A stretch of DNA of 64,000 nucleotides from Candidatus Sulfopaludibacter sp. SbA3 (GCA_945903265.1 CAMDNQ010000016.1:6075-70074); one strand, 5' to 3'. Positions 9,069 through 19,664 are shown, counted from the stretch's first letter. Notes: a model not told the origin generated them from the sequence alone. Made by a program: numbers and translations.

Positions 9069-9560
9069 CTAGGAACCTCGACGAGCGAGTTTTTCGAGCG
9101 AGTCTCCGGTCAGCCTGAAGACCGTCCATTCGTCCATCGGCACGGCCCCGAGACTCTTGTAGAAGCCGATGGCCGGTTCGTTCCAGTCGAGCACCGACCA
9201 CTCCATGCGGCCGCAGCCGCGCGCGACGGCAATGCCCGCCAGGTGCACGAGCAGCGCCTTGCCGATGCCCTGCCCGCGCCATTCAGGCAGAACGAACAGA
9301 TCCTCGAGATACAGGCCGCGTCTGCCCAGAAACGTCGAGTAATTGTGAAACCAGATTGCCAGGCCGACCGGCTCGCCATCCGCATAGGCGATGACCGCCT
9401 CCGCTTGCGGGACGCCGGTAAACATCGTGTCGCGGATCTGGTCTTCGGTTGCCACGACCGCGCTGGCCAGCTTCTCGTAGTCAGCGAGCGCCGTGATCAA
9501 TCGCAGGAGGACCGGGACGTCGCGGGCGGTGGCCGCTGCGATGCGCACGTCCGCGCTCAT
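9069..9560 (-). CDS. GNAT family N-acetyltransferase
   Basis: R/Q-x-x-G-x-G/A acetyl-CoA motif (WRGQGIGKALL), about 160 aa. Confidence 0.8.
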   Translation of the reverse strand: MSADVRIAAATARDVPVLLRLITALADYEKLASAVVATEDQIRDTMFTGVPQAEAVIAYADGEPVGLAIWFHNYSTFLGRRGLYLEDLFVLPEWRGQGIGKALLVHLAGIAVARGCGRMEWSVLDWNEPAIGFYKSLGAVPMDEWTVFRLTGDSLEKLARRGS

Positions 9561-9562
9561 GC

Positions 9563-10183
9563 TCAGAAGGTCGTGATGGGAACGCCGGCCTTGCAGAGCG
9601 GGCAGTGTTCGCCAGGCGTATTGTCGGGCGCCTTGTATTCGGCCAGCGCAATGTTGGGCACGGTGGCATCCACGACCGCTTCCATACGGTCGTAGATCTC
9701 GGCGGTGGCGAGGACGGTCCCGCCTGCCTTCCGCACGAGCTCGGCGCAGAACGCCAGCGTCTGTCCGGTATTGCGCACGTCATCGACCAGCAGTGCTTTC
9801 TTTCCGGCGACGAGCTTGGCGTAATACCGCGTGAGCGTGTGGCCGCAGTCAGCGTCGAGCGTGAACGGCGCAAACAGCGTGGGGGGCTGCGTGATTTCAC
9901 GGCGGCTGTCGAGAAGCCCGGCAATGGTGTGCGCGAGCAGCGCGCCACCTGTGACCGGCCCCACGACAACCTCCGTCTCGTCGACGATGGACGCCGGCAG
10001 CACGTCGAGCAAATCCTGCGCAAAGCGCCAGACCGTCGCCGGGTACCTGAACAGCTGGTGCGGATTCAGATACGCGGAACCGTGAAAGCCGTTCCCGAAA
10101 TCGAAATGCCCGTCGAGCATCAGAACCTCGTACAGCTGCAGGTCCTTCATTGCCTTCTCGCGGATGTCGTCTCGCCGAGTCAT
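9563..10183 (-). CDS. phosphoribosyltransferase, divergent OPRT-like paralog
   Basis: PRPP loop ALLVDDVRNTGQT and a C-terminal CPLCKAGVPI motif that is also present in pyrE (CPLCLAGQPI). ATGA overlap with the pyrC stop. Confidence 0.7.
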   Translation of the reverse strand: MTRRDDIREKAMKDLQLYEVLMLDGHFDFGNGFHGSAYLNPHQLFRYPATVWRFAQDLLDVLPASIVDETEVVVGPVTGGALLAHTIAGLLDSRREITQPPTLFAPFTLDADCGHTLTRYYAKLVAGKKALLVDDVRNTGQTLAFCAELVRKAGGTVLATAEIYDRMEAVVDATVPNIALAEYKAPDNTPGEHCPLCKAGVPITTF

Positions 10184-11490
10184 AAGTTCAGCCCCACCTG
10201 GGAGTTCACATACACCGTCCGGCCGCCGACGATTGTGGCAGCGACCCCGCCCCGCAACTCCCAGCCGTTGAACGGCGTGTTCTTCGAGCGCGACCGCAAA
10301 GCCGCCGCATCGATTGCGACCTTCAAGTCGGGAGCCAGGATCGTGATGTCGGCCGGCGCCCCCTCGGAGAGGGTCCCGCCAGGGATCCGGAGAATTCGCG
10401 CGGGGTTCACCGACAGCAGCTCGACGAGCCGGGGCAGCCTGATGACGCCCGCATGCACGAGCCGGTCGAGCGCAAGCGGAACCGCCGTCTCGAGCCCGAC
10501 GATACCGAACGGGGCGCGATCGAACTCCACGTTCTTCTCGTCATAGTGGTGTGGGGCGTGATCTGTCGCGATCACGTCGACGGTACCGTCGGCGATGCCG
10601 GACAGCATCGCATCGCGATCGGCTGCCTCACGCAGCGGCGGATTCATCTTCGTGTTCGTGTCGTACGGGATCGGCGTACCGAGCGCTTCATCCGTCAGCG
10701 TGAAGTGATGCGGCGCCACTTCGCAGGTGACGCGGATGCCGGCGGCCTTCCCGTTCCGCACGGCCCGGAGCGACGCCCGCGCGCTCATGTGGGCGACGTG
10801 GAACGCCGAGCCGGTGAGCTCGGACATCAGAATCCCGCGCTCGGCACCAAGGGCTTCGCACGCGCCCGGAATGCCGCGCAGGCCGAGAGAGGCCGCATGA
10901 AACCCCTCGTGCGCCACGCCATCGCCCTTGAGCGTCTGGTCCTCGCAGTGTTCGACCACCGGCATGTCGAACATCCCCGCGTACTCCATGGCACGCCGGA
11001 GCAGCAGCGCCGTCGCCACCGGATGGCCGTCGTCCGTGATCGCCACGCAGCCTGCGCGCCGCAGGTCGGCGATGTCCGCGAGCAGCTCGCCCCTGGAGCC
11101 GCGCGACACCGCCCCAATCGGGTAGACACGAGCCAGGTTCGCCTCGGCCGCGCGCGCGAGAATGTACGCGGTCACGTTGGCGTTGTCGTTCACGGGCTCG
11201 GTGTTCGGCATGCAGGCGACTGCCGTAAAACCGCCGGCCACCGCCGATCCCGTGCCGGTGGCCACGGTCTCCTTGTGCTCCTGCCCTGGTTCGCGCAGAT
11301 GCACGTGCATGTCGATCAGACCGGGACAGATCACGAGTCCTTTCGGAATCTCGACAACCTGGGCGCCGTCCACCGGAAGATCGCGTCCGACCCGGACGAT
11401 GCGATCGCCGTCGATCAGGATGTCGTGCACACCGTCGATCCCGTTGACGGGATCCACAACCCGTCCGCCCTTAAGCAGCCGCTTCATCAT
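10180..11490 (-). CDS. pyrC: dihydroorotase
   Basis: [10 protein letters not shown] metal motif, ...TDHAPH..., about 430 aa class I DHOase. Confidence 0.9.
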   Translation of the reverse strand: MMKRLLKGGRVVDPVNGIDGVHDILIDGDRIVRVGRDLPVDGAQVVEIPKGLVICPGLIDMHVHLREPGQEHKETVATGTGSAVAGGFTAVACMPNTEPVNDNANVTAYILARAAEANLARVYPIGAVSRGSRGELLADIADLRRAGCVAITDDGHPVATALLLRRAMEYAGMFDMPVVEHCEDQTLKGDGVAHEGFHAASLGLRGIPGACEALGAERGILMSELTGSAFHVAHMSARASLRAVRNGKAAGIRVTCEVAPHHFTLTDEALGTPIPYDTNTKMNPPLREAADRDAMLSGIADGTVDVIATDHAPHHYDEKNVEFDRAPFGIVGLETAVPLALDRLVHAGVIRLPRLVELLSVNPARILRIPGGTLSEGAPADITILAPDLKVAIDAAALRSRSKNTPFNGWELRGGVAATIVGGRTVYVNSQVGLNL

Positions 11491-12421
11491 TCGCTCCGCC
11501 CGCCAGCAGGTACAGCACCGCCATCCGGACCGCTACGCCGTTTGCCACCTGGTCGAGAATTACCGAATACGGCCCGTCCGCGACCTCGGACGCGATTTCG
11601 ACGCCACGATTCATCGGACCGGGGTGCATGATGATGACGTCCGATTTCGCCTGCTTCAGCCGCGCCTCGGTCATGCCGAAGACGCTGAAGTATTCGCGGA
11701 GCGACGGGAAGTAGGCGCCCTCCATCCGTTCCAGCTGAATCCTCAGCAGCATCACGACGTCAGCGTCGGCAATCGCCTCGTCGATGACGCTGGTGGCCTG
11801 CACACCGAACTGCGCAATGCCCGCCGGCATCAGCGTGGGCGGTCCGCACACCCACACCTCACTGCCCATCTTGGTCAGCAGCTGGATATTGGACCGGAGC
11901 ACGCGGCTGTGCAGGAGATCGCCGATGATGGCGACCTTCAGCCCTTTCAGCTTTTTCTTGCGCTCGCGAATCGTGAATGCGTCGAGCAGCGCCTGTGTCG
12001 GGTGCTCGTGCATCCCGTCGCCGGCATTGACGATGGCCGATTTGCAGATGCGCGAGAGCAAATGGCACGCGCCTGACGAGGAGTGCCTCAGGACAATCAT
12101 GTCCGGGTTCATCGCCTCGAGGTTCAGTGCGGTATCCGCAAGGGTCTCGCCCTTGACGACGCTCGAGGACGCGACCGCGATATTCAAGGTGTCGGCGCTG
12201 AGGCGCTTCTCGGCAATCTCGAACGACGTGCGCGTTCGCGTGCTCGGCTCGTAGAACAGGTTGACCACCGTCTTGCCGCGCAGCGCCGGAACCTTCTTGA
12301 TCGGCCGCTCGCCGACTTCCTTCATCGCCTCCGCGGTATCGAGAATCAGCGAGATTTCCTCGGGGGACAGGTCGGCAATCGCGAGCAGGTCCTTCCGGCG
12401 CAGCGCCGTGAGGGCCGTCAT
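11471..12421 (-). CDS. pyrB: aspartate carbamoyltransferase catalytic subunit
   Basis: STRTRTSFE carbamoyl-phosphate motif and [12 protein letters not shown] overlap with the pyrR stop. Confidence 0.93.
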   Translation of the reverse strand: MTALTALRRKDLLAIADLSPEEISLILDTAEAMKEVGERPIKKVPALRGKTVVNLFYEPSTRTRTSFEIAEKRLSADTLNIAVASSSVVKGETLADTALNLEAMNPDMIVLRHSSSGACHLLSRICKSAIVNAGDGMHEHPTQALLDAFTIRERKKKLKGLKVAIIGDLLHSRVLRSNIQLLTKMGSEVWVCGPPTLMPAGIAQFGVQATSVIDEAIADADVVMLLRIQLERMEGAYFPSLREYFSVFGMTEARLKQAKSDVIIMHPGPMNRGVEIASEVADGPYSVILDQVANGVAVRMAVLYLLAGGANDEAAA

Positions 12422-12960
12422 GCGGCACCTCCCTGCTGCAGGACCACTTCGTCGCGTCCGTCGCTTTCTTCCAGGTACACCTGCACGCTCTCCTCGAGCG
12501 ACGTGGGCAGGTTCTTGCCGACGTAGTCGGCCTTGATGGGCAGCTCACGATGGCCGCGGTCGACCAGCACGATCAGCTGAATGTTCTTCGGACGGCCGAA
12601 ATCAATCAGCGCATCGAGCGCCGCGCGTATCGTCCGGCCCGAATACAGGACGTCGTCGACGAGCAGAATCTTCCGGCCATCGATGGAGAACGGGATCTCG
12701 GTCTTGCGCACGATGGCTCGCGGTCCGACAGCCTGCCGCATCAGGTCGTCGCGGTAGAGCGTGATGTCGAGCGCGCCGGTCGGGATGTCGTGGCCCGCGA
12801 TGTCGCGAAGACTGCGCGCCAGGCGGCGGGCGAGATGGTCGCCGCGCGTACGAATGCCAATCAGGACGAGGTCTTCAACGCCTCGATTGCGTTCGACGAT
12901 TTCGTGGGAGATTCGAGTGAGGGTGCGGCCTATGCGGTCCGCATCCATGACAGTTGGCAT
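12418..12960 (-). CDS. pyrR: bifunctional pyr operon regulator / uracil phosphoribosyltransferase PyrR
   Basis: [22 protein letters not shown] loop, about 180 aa. Start taken at [10 protein letters not shown]. Confidence 0.9.
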   Translation of the reverse strand: MPTVMDADRIGRTLTRISHEIVERNRGVEDLVLIGIRTRGDHLARRLARSLRDIAGHDIPTGALDITLYRDDLMRQAVGPRAIVRKTEIPFSIDGRKILLVDDVLYSGRTIRAALDALIDFGRPKNIQLIVLVDRGHRELPIKADYVGKNLPTSLEESVQVYLEESDGRDEVVLQQGGAA

Positions 12961-12971
12961 GTTCACCTCTT

Positions 12972-12991
12972 CGCGGTCTCGCTGGGCCGCG
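12972..12991 (-). promoter_or_regulatory. candidate PyrR-binding leader hairpin just upstream of the pyrR RBS
   Basis: Minus-sense sequence is CGCGG-CCCAGCGAGA-CCGCG, followed by AAGAGGTGAAC-ATG. The loop resembles the CCAGAGAGG core of PyrR binding loops, but the match is weak. Confidence 0.3.
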
Positions 12992-13026
12992 GTTAAAGAG
13001 TCGAACAATTATACACTTCCAGTTGA

Positions 13027-14101
13027 TTGGCACTGTACACGTGGGCGGCTCGTCCAATTCTGTTCGCGCTCGACGCGGAGCGGGCTCATGAATTGACGCT
13101 CGCCGCACTGTGCAGGCCCGCGATCGTCGGGGCGCTGCGGGCCGTGCCGAAACCGGCACGCGACAGCAGGCTTCAGCAAACCCTCCTCGGACTCGATTTC
13201 GCTCACCCCGTCGGCCTGGCTGCCGGCCTCGATAAACATGGCGCTGCCGTGCCGGCATGGACGGCGCTCGGGTTTTCCTTCGTCGAAGTCGGAACGGTGA
13301 CGCCGCGGCCGCAACCGGGAAATCCCCGCCCGCGTCTGTTCCGGCTGCCGGCAGACCGCGCGATCATCAACAGGTTCGGTTTCAACAGCGTTGGCGGCGC
13401 GGAAGTCGCCCGGAATCTCGCGGCCATCGTGCCGGCGTCCATCCGTGTCGGCGTGAACCTCGGAAAGAACAAGCAGACCCCGAATGACGAGGCGGCAGAC
13501 GACTATTGCCGCGCTCTGGAAATGGTGCATGCCTACGCCGAGTACATCGTCATCAACGTGAGCTCGCCGAACACCGCCGGGCTGCGCGATCTGCAGGACA
13601 GCCGGACGCTGCGGACGCTGGTCGAGCGTGTCGTGACACGCGCGAAGGAGCTGACGACCCGCCGCAGGATTCCCGTGCTGGTGAAAGTCGCGCCGGACAT
13701 GAGTCCACAGGACCTGCTCGCATCCGCCGATGCCGCGATTGAGGGAGGCGCATCCGGGATTGTCGCGACGAACACCACGGTTGGACGAGACGGGCTCACG
13801 TCCGGCAGCCGTGCGGCCGCCGAATCCGGTGGCTTGAGCGGCCGGCCGCTGCGCCCGCTGGCCGCAGAGACCTGCCGGCAGTTGTACGCGCACCTGCGGG
13901 GACAGGTGCCGATCATCGGCGTCGGCGGCATCTTCACCGCAGACGACGCCTACGAGCGGATACGCGCGGGCGCGTCGCTGGTACAGTTGTATACGGCGCT
14001 CATCTACGAAGGTCCCGGCGTGGTCGCACGAATCGTACGGGGCCTCGCCGAGCGCCTGGAACGCGATCGGTTCTCACACATGCGCGAAGCGATAGGCACG
14101 A

Positions 14102-14112
<11 letters not shown>
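13027..14112 (+). CDS. pyrD: quinone-dependent dihydroorotate dehydrogenase
   Basis: LDAERAHELTL N-terminus, GFNS.G, VNLGKNK and IIGVGGI motifs of class 2 DHODH. Confidence 0.9.
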
Positions 14113-14810
<698 letters not shown>

Positions 14811-14824
<14 letters not shown>

Positions 14825-15392
14825 ACACAAACGTGCCGCGGCGGTTCCGCTGCCAGCACGCGTCGTTCTCTTCCATGCACTGCGGGCTTTCCTCGCCTCG
14901 GGTGACCGCCATCACGCGGTCGGCCGCAATACCAAGACCGACCAGATAGTCGCGGACCGCCGCGGCTCGCCGATCGCCGAGTCCAAGGTTGTACTCGTTG
15001 GTGCCGCGCGAGTCGGTATGCCCTTCAACACGCACGCGCGTTGACGCCCAGCGGCGCAGGTAGTCGGCGTTCTTCTGCAGCGTCGCCTGACTGGCGGCAG
15101 AAATCGTCGCCATGTCGTAGTCGAAGAACACGTCGGCGAGCGGCCGCTCCGCGTTCAACTGCTCGAGCGTCTTCTGCGCGAAGAGCTCGTCCTCGGTCAG
15201 CGGCTTCGGCGCGGGGGCCGGAGGCGGCGGAGGCGGTGGCGGCGGAGGCGGTGGCGGCGCGGGCGTCGCAGCGGGAGGCGGCGGAGCCGGCGGCTGAGGC
15301 GCGGGAGGCGGCACTCGCCTCGCGCAGCTCGCCAGGACGCTCACCAGGAGCACTGCGAGGATGCACAGCAGCACGGAACGGCGGAGTCTCAT
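14811..15392 (-). CDS. pal: peptidoglycan-associated lipoprotein (OmpA/Pal family) with a long Pro-rich linker
   Basis: AGGAGA RBS 8 nt upstream of the ATG at 15392. Lipobox VLASC, a poly-Pro tract, and the OmpA_C motif VEGHTDSRGT.EYNL.LG.RRA.AV..YL. Confidence 0.8.
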
Positions 15393-15465
15393 CAGCGGAA
15401 TCTCCTGCAAATCCTTACAATTTTCGCGTGGTACCGGGCGAGTTTACGTGGGCAAGCTGATCCTG

Positions 15466-17706
15466 TCAATCGACGCGAACGGGTATGACGCGCGTCTCGA
15501 ACAGGCGGAGTCCCAGCTCGCGCTGGTCTGTCGTGCCCTCCGCTTCGCCCGGCCGGTACACGGGCGTTGTCTCGATCGCAATGGCCCCTGCCGCTCGTGC
15601 GATGTCGGCCGCCGGAACCCGCACCGTCCATTCAAAGTCGGCGGCGGGCTGAAACCGGGCGATGACGCGGCCCCCTGCGGTCACCTGTACATCGGGCGGA
15701 GCATCGAAATACCGTAGGGGCGACTCCCCGCGCAGGACGACGTCGACGTCGGACACCGGGCCTTTGACGCGAATGAGCGCGCGACCGCTGGTCCAGCGCC
15801 AGCCCCGCCCGGTTGCCGGGTCATATTCCTCCTCGTGCCAGCCCTCGCCGAACGCGGAGATCATCCGGCCGGCTGGCTGGACGTCGAACTGACGGACGGC
15901 GACTGCCGCCGGGCGCCGATCACTCCGTGCCTGGCGTGAGGCAATCGTGAGGCGTGCGTAGTCGCCCGCGCCCGCGAGACCATCTGGCAACTCCATGAAA
16001 CGCAGAAAGTTACGGTCGGCGACCGTGACCGTCCATCGATCCCGCACCACCCCGTCGATCGCGAGCTCGAAGTCGGCCGGCGAGTCGCCTGTATCCCCAA
16101 GATGCCGCCCTCCAACCACGAGGTGCATCGGCTCGGCGCGCCGGCGCACCCACGCTTCAATCGGCTGACGATCGGGGCCCCTGGCGGTCGCGAGCGCAAG
16201 GCCGCCGGTCTCCGGCGTCAGCGACCATCCCTCCGAGGCAAACCATCCGGGCGGGGCGAACCGGTACCAGTCCGCGCCCACCGGCCGGATGCCGCTGAAC
16301 TCGGGCCGGCCGTCGACCGCCCATCGATAGGAGACAGCGTCAAGGCGCGACTGCGGATCGATCAGGGCGAGATCGGTGCGGCGCGGGTCCGCCAGAAACC
16401 AGACCGGCCCGCGTCCGCCGGCCTTCCAGTAGTTCACCAGGCCCAGCCACTCGTGCAGCCGCGGCGGCTCCACAGCGGGAAGGCCCGTGTCCGCCACTTG
16501 CACAGCGCGCCAGACACTGTGGTGGGCATACACGGCCTGCGGCGGAGCGACGCGGGCGTACTCAACCGCGTCCGCCAGCGCCTGGAACGCTGGATGCGGC
16601 GCACGCGCGTACGCGATCGCATCCGGGACGGCGACGAGCAATCCCGCCACGACAACCGGCGCCGCGACCAACGGCGTCCATCGCGAGCCTGACGCGGCAT
16701 TCGCCGCAAGCCACGCGACAAGCGGCAGCGTCGGCAGCGCGTACCGCACGGTGATCGTTTCCTGAAACAGCAGGTGCAGCACCGCGTATGGCATGAAGGC
16801 GAGCGCGAACAGACCGAACGTTCTCGGCTGACGAACGGCGGCGAGCACGGCGCCGGCCACAGCCGCCACTGCGACGATTGCCGCGAGAGGCTGCGCCGCC
16901 CACGGCAGGACAAACGTTTCATACAGTGCGAAGGCCAGCCTCCGCGGCGTCGGCTCGAGCCAGAGCATGTTCACCCACGCGAAATCCTCGCCGGCCTGCG
17001 ATCCGAGCGCGAGGAGATATGCGTCGACGCCGCCGCTGTCCATGACCAGCGGCACGGCCCAGGCGAGCACTCCCGCGGCCGCCGCCGCAAGCGGCCGCCA
17101 GGGGAACCGCCGCTCGATCAGCACGAACGCGAACAGCGGCATCGTCAGCCACAGCGTCTGCACGCGAATGCCGGCGGCGAGACCGGCCAGCAGGCCGCCC
17201 GCCATCAGCGCCCGATTCTGCGTTCGGCCTGCCAGCATCAGCGCCTGCGCGGCGAGCGCGGCGGCAAGTCCGGGGAGATCGCTCATGGGACGAAGGCCGG
17301 AGATCCACATCAGCGGCGAGGCGGCAAAGATCGCCGCGGCCCACGGGATGGTGGCCCGCCGCTCCGGCGCAAGGACACGCAGGCAGACGAACGCGAACGC
17401 CACGATCGCGAGTGCGCCGCCTACCGCGGACAGCAGCGCCAGCGTCAGTGCCTCCGTCGCGCTCCGGTCGGCCGCTGGCAGCACGCCGTCGACCACGAAG
17501 AAGACGATGCGGCCGAGCGCGATGTAGACGGGTGCGCCCGGCGGATGCGGCTGGTGGCGCGACGGATCGAAGTCACGGAGGCCCAGCGCGAAGTTGATCG
17601 AGTCGTAATCTTCGAGCGAGGGTGCGAGGAACGGAAGGTGCGCCGCCAGGTATGCGGCGGCCAGGAAATAGATGCTCTTAGGCAGGCCGGAGACGGACAC
17701 CTTCAT
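15466..17706 (-). CDS. GT-C-fold (ArnT/PMT-like) membrane glycosyltransferase with a C-terminal soluble domain
   Basis: About 450 aa of polytopic membrane domain with an early acidic loop (SLEDYDSINFA), then about 290 aa soluble. Family assignment is by architecture only. Confidence 0.45.
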   Translation of the reverse strand: MKVSVSGLPKSIYFLAAAYLAAHLPFLAPSLEDYDSINFALGLRDFDPSRHQPHPPGAPVYIALGRIVFFVVDGVLPAADRSATEALTLALLSAVGGALAIVAFAFVCLRVLAPERRATIPWAAAIFAASPLMWISGLRPMSDLPGLAAALAAQALMLAGRTQNRALMAGGLLAGLAAGIRVQTLWLTMPLFAFVLIERRFPWRPLAAAAAGVLAWAVPLVMDSGGVDAYLLALGSQAGEDFAWVNMLWLEPTPRRLAFALYETFVLPWAAQPLAAIVAVAAVAGAVLAAVRQPRTFGLFALAFMPYAVLHLLFQETITVRYALPTLPLVAWLAANAASGSRWTPLVAAPVVVAGLLVAVPDAIAYARAPHPAFQALADAVEYARVAPPQAVYAHHSVWRAVQVADTGLPAVEPPRLHEWLGLVNYWKAGGRGPVWFLADPRRTDLALIDPQSRLDAVSYRWAVDGRPEFSGIRPVGADWYRFAPPGWFASEGWSLTPETGGLALATARGPDRQPIEAWVRRRAEPMHLVVGGRHLGDTGDSPADFELAIDGVVRDRWTVTVADRNFLRFMELPDGLAGAGDYARLTIASRQARSDRRPAAVAVRQFDVQPAGRMISAFGEGWHEEEYDPATGRGWRWTSGRALIRVKGPVSDVDVVLRGESPLRYFDAPPDVQVTAGGRVIARFQPAADFEWTVRVPAADIARAAGAIAIETTPVYRPGEAEGTTDQRELGLRLFETRVIPVRVD

Positions 17707-18562
17707 TCAGGCTGCCCATCCTATATCCCTGCAGGTCGATTGTGACGTGCTGGTACCCGAGCGCCCGGAGCTCGCTGACAATCCGCTCGCGCACATCCGG
17801 CTCCAGCGCCCGCGCGATTTCGTCGCGGCCGATCTCGAGCCGCGCCAGTGCCTGCCCCGCCGCAGCCTCTGACGAAGGCGCGTCGTGGTGGCGGACGCGG
17901 CACACGCGGAAGCCCATTTCCCGCAGCACGGTTTCCGCCTGCTCAATCGTCCGCAGCTTCTCGGGCGTCACTTCGGAATGATACGGAATCCGCGACGACA
18001 GGCAGGCCGATGCAGGCTCGTCCCACGTCGGCAGGCCGGCCTGCTTCGACAGCGCGCGAATGTCGTCTTTGGTGAGGTCGGCTTCGTCCAGAGGGCTTCT
18101 GACGCCGAACTCCCGGGCGGCCTTCCGGCCCGGCCGGTAATCGGCGCGGTCATCGGCGTTGCTCCCGTCGACGATCACCGGAATGCCGCGCTCCGCGGCG
18201 ACGGATGACAGGACGGTATAGAGCTCGTGCTTGCAGTGGTAGCAGCGATCGACGGGGTTCGCGCGGTACTCGGCGCGCTCCATTTCGCCGGTGCCGACGA
18301 ACTCGTGCCGCAGTCCGAACTCACGCGCGATGCGCAGCGCGAGCTGCCGATGATGGTCGGGATAGCTGGGACTTTCCGCGGTGATGCACTGGGCCGCGGG
18401 CCCGAGGATGCGGGTTGCGGCCCAGGCGAGATAGGCGCTGTCGACGCCGCCGCTGAAGGCGACGATGACGGAGTCGAAGGAGCCGATGACGTCGAGGAGA
18501 CGCTGCTCGCGTGCCGCGAGCGTGTTACGCGTCCTCTTCTTCGTCGACTTCTTCTTCATCTT
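17678..18562 (-). CDS. larE: ATP-dependent sacrificial sulfur transferase LarE / PP-loop ATPase (TIGR00268-like)
   Basis: VAFSGGVDSAYLA PP-loop and a conserved C..C...... Cys region. The nearest usable start is ATG 18562, which overlaps the upstream acidic-tail gene by 38 nt. Start is uncertain. Confidence 0.7.
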   Translation of the reverse strand, partial: KMKKKSTKKRTRNTLAAREQRLLDVIGSFDSVIVAFSGGVDSAYLAWAATRILGPAAQCITAESPSYPDHHRQLALRIAREFGLRHEFVGTGEMERAEYRANPVDRCYHCKHELYTVLSSVAAERGIPVIVDGSNADDRADYRPGRKAAREFGVRSPLDEADLTKDDIRALSKQAGLPTWDEPASACLSSRIPYHSEVTPEKLRTIEQAETVLREMGFRVCRVRHHDAPSSEAAAGQALARLEIGRDEIARALEPDVRERIVSELRALGYQHVTIDLQGYRMGSLNEGVRLRPA

Positions 18563-18773
18563 CGACGAGAGTCTCGTCGACGTCCTCTTCCTCGTCTTCT
18601 TCGTCCTCGTCTTCGTCGTCGTCGTCGTCGAGATCGTCGTCATCGGCGGCGTCGAGCTGATCGGCGCCGTTCATCACGAGCGTCTTTCCGCATTCGGGAC
18701 AGCTCAATTCGTCACCCTCCTCGTTCTCGGTGGTGTCGATCTCGTCGAATTCACATTCGGGGCAGATAGCCAT
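18525..18773 (-). CDS. small zinc-ribbon protein with a roughly 40-residue poly-Asp/Glu tail
   Basis: Sequence is MAICPECEFDEI...ELSCPECGKTL followed by DDDDLDDDDDEDEDEEDEEEDVDETLVEDEEEVDEEEDA. Two CPEC knuckles. Start at the internal ATG 18773. Confidence 0.55.
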   Translation of the reverse strand: MAICPECEFDEIDTTENEEGDELSCPECGKTLVMNGADQLDAADDDDLDDDDDEDEDEEDEEEDVDETLVEDEEEVDEEEDA

Positions 18774-18896
18774 AAAGGAATCAGCTCTCTCCAGCAAAGG
18801 TCGAATTATAGGCCGATTTCCGGGGCTCCGCAACGCGCCTACTCTCCGTGCAACGCCGCACTAACGCCTCCGTGCGGGTCTTCCGATACATGTGAC

Positions 18897-19619
18897 GTGC
18901 CAGTCACGACCGCCGTCGCGTCGAAGTCGGTCATCGTCGCGGATGACACCGCGTTCGTGCGCGACCGGTTCCGATCTGCGCTCGAGTCGGCCGGTCACCG
19001 GGCCAGCATCGTATCGGATGCGGGCACGCTCCTGGCCCGCGTCCGCGAGGATGGCAGCCGCGTCGACCTGGTCGTCGTCGATCTCCGGCTTCCGACGCTG
19101 CAGGGGACGGCGCTCGTGAAGGCGCTCCGGGATATTGCCGGCTTTACGGCCCCGATCGTGGTGTTCAGCGGCACCATCGCAAACGCGGATGAAGTCCGCG
19201 AGCTGTCGCTGCTCGGCGTCGCCGGCTACATCAACGAATACAGCGCCGTGCAGCACATCGTACCGGCGCTGTCGCCGCATCTTTTTCCGGATCAATTCAA
19301 CCGGCGGACGAGCCCGCGCGTGGTCGTGGGCCTGTCGGTCACCTATCGGGTCGCGAACAGCATCGCTGTCGCGGTGACGTTGAATGTCGGCCGGGGCGGC
19401 CTCGCAATCCGGACGACCAGCCCGCTGGAACGCGCGAGCGCGGTCAAGGTTCGATTCCGGCTGCCAGGCGCGCCGCGCGATGTGGATGCGGAGGCGATCG
19501 TCGCGTGGAGCGACCGCCGGATCGGCATGGGCCTGCAGTTCACGCGGATCGATGCGGACGCCCAGGCGTCGATCGACGAGTTCGTCCGCGCGCATTTTTT
19601 CTCGAATCGAAAAGCATAG
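18897..19619 (+). CDS. response regulator receiver domain fused to a PilZ domain
   Basis: Receiver domain (VIVADD...DLVVVDLRLP...VVFSG) followed by a PilZ-type RxxxR...(D/N)xSxxG-like region (RRTSPRVV...NVGRGGLAI). GTG start at 18897; the upstream part of the track ORF is antisense noise. Confidence 0.8.
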   Translation: MPVTTAVASKSVIVADDTAFVRDRFRSALESAGHRASIVSDAGTLLARVREDGSRVDLVVVDLRLPTLQGTALVKALRDIAGFTAPIVVFSGTIANADEVRELSLLGVAGYINEYSAVQHIVPALSPHLFPDQFNRRTSPRVVVGLSVTYRVANSIAVAVTLNVGRGGLAIRTTSPLERASAVKVRFRLPGAPRDVDAEAIVAWSDRRIGMGLQFTRIDADAQASIDEFVRAHFFSNRKA

Positions 19620-19622
19620 AAC

Positions 19623-19642
19623 GGTCCGGCTAAAGCCGGACC
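19623..19642. terminator. GGTCCGGC-taaa-GCCGGACC stem-loop between convergent genes
   Basis: Perfect 8-bp GC stem with a tetraloop, centred between the RR-PilZ stop (19619) and the ATPase stop (19665). Confidence 0.5.
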
Positions 19643-19664
19643 CTACGCACTCACGCAAGCTGCG

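Noticed and set aside
9040-9090. Short CTAGG-containing semi-palindrome at the TIGR02757/GNAT junction
   Set aside because: It is only a few bases of self-complementarity and overlaps the start and stop codons of two genes. Not distinguishable from chance.
15195-15300. GC-rich tandem repeat (GGCGGAGGCGGTGGC units)
   Set aside because: It is the coding sequence of the poly-Pro/Ala linker of the Pal-like lipoprotein, read on the minus strand. It is low-complexity coding DNA, not an independent repeat element.
18525-18773. Calling the zinc-ribbon protein LysW/ArgW outright
   Set aside because: The zinc-ribbon topology matches, but the diagnostic C-terminal EDWGE-type motif is absent. No LysX/Z/Y/J/K genes are nearby. 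It is kept as an unnamed zinc-ribbon protein.
18465-18896. Upstream extension of the RR-PilZ ORF, with similar long N-terminal extensions at 50039-50521, 54194-54490, 5027-5221 and 57361-57627
   Set aside because: The extensions overlap neighbouring real genes on the other strand or in another frame. They carry no homology, and internal starts fit the expected protein lengths and show start/stop coupling.
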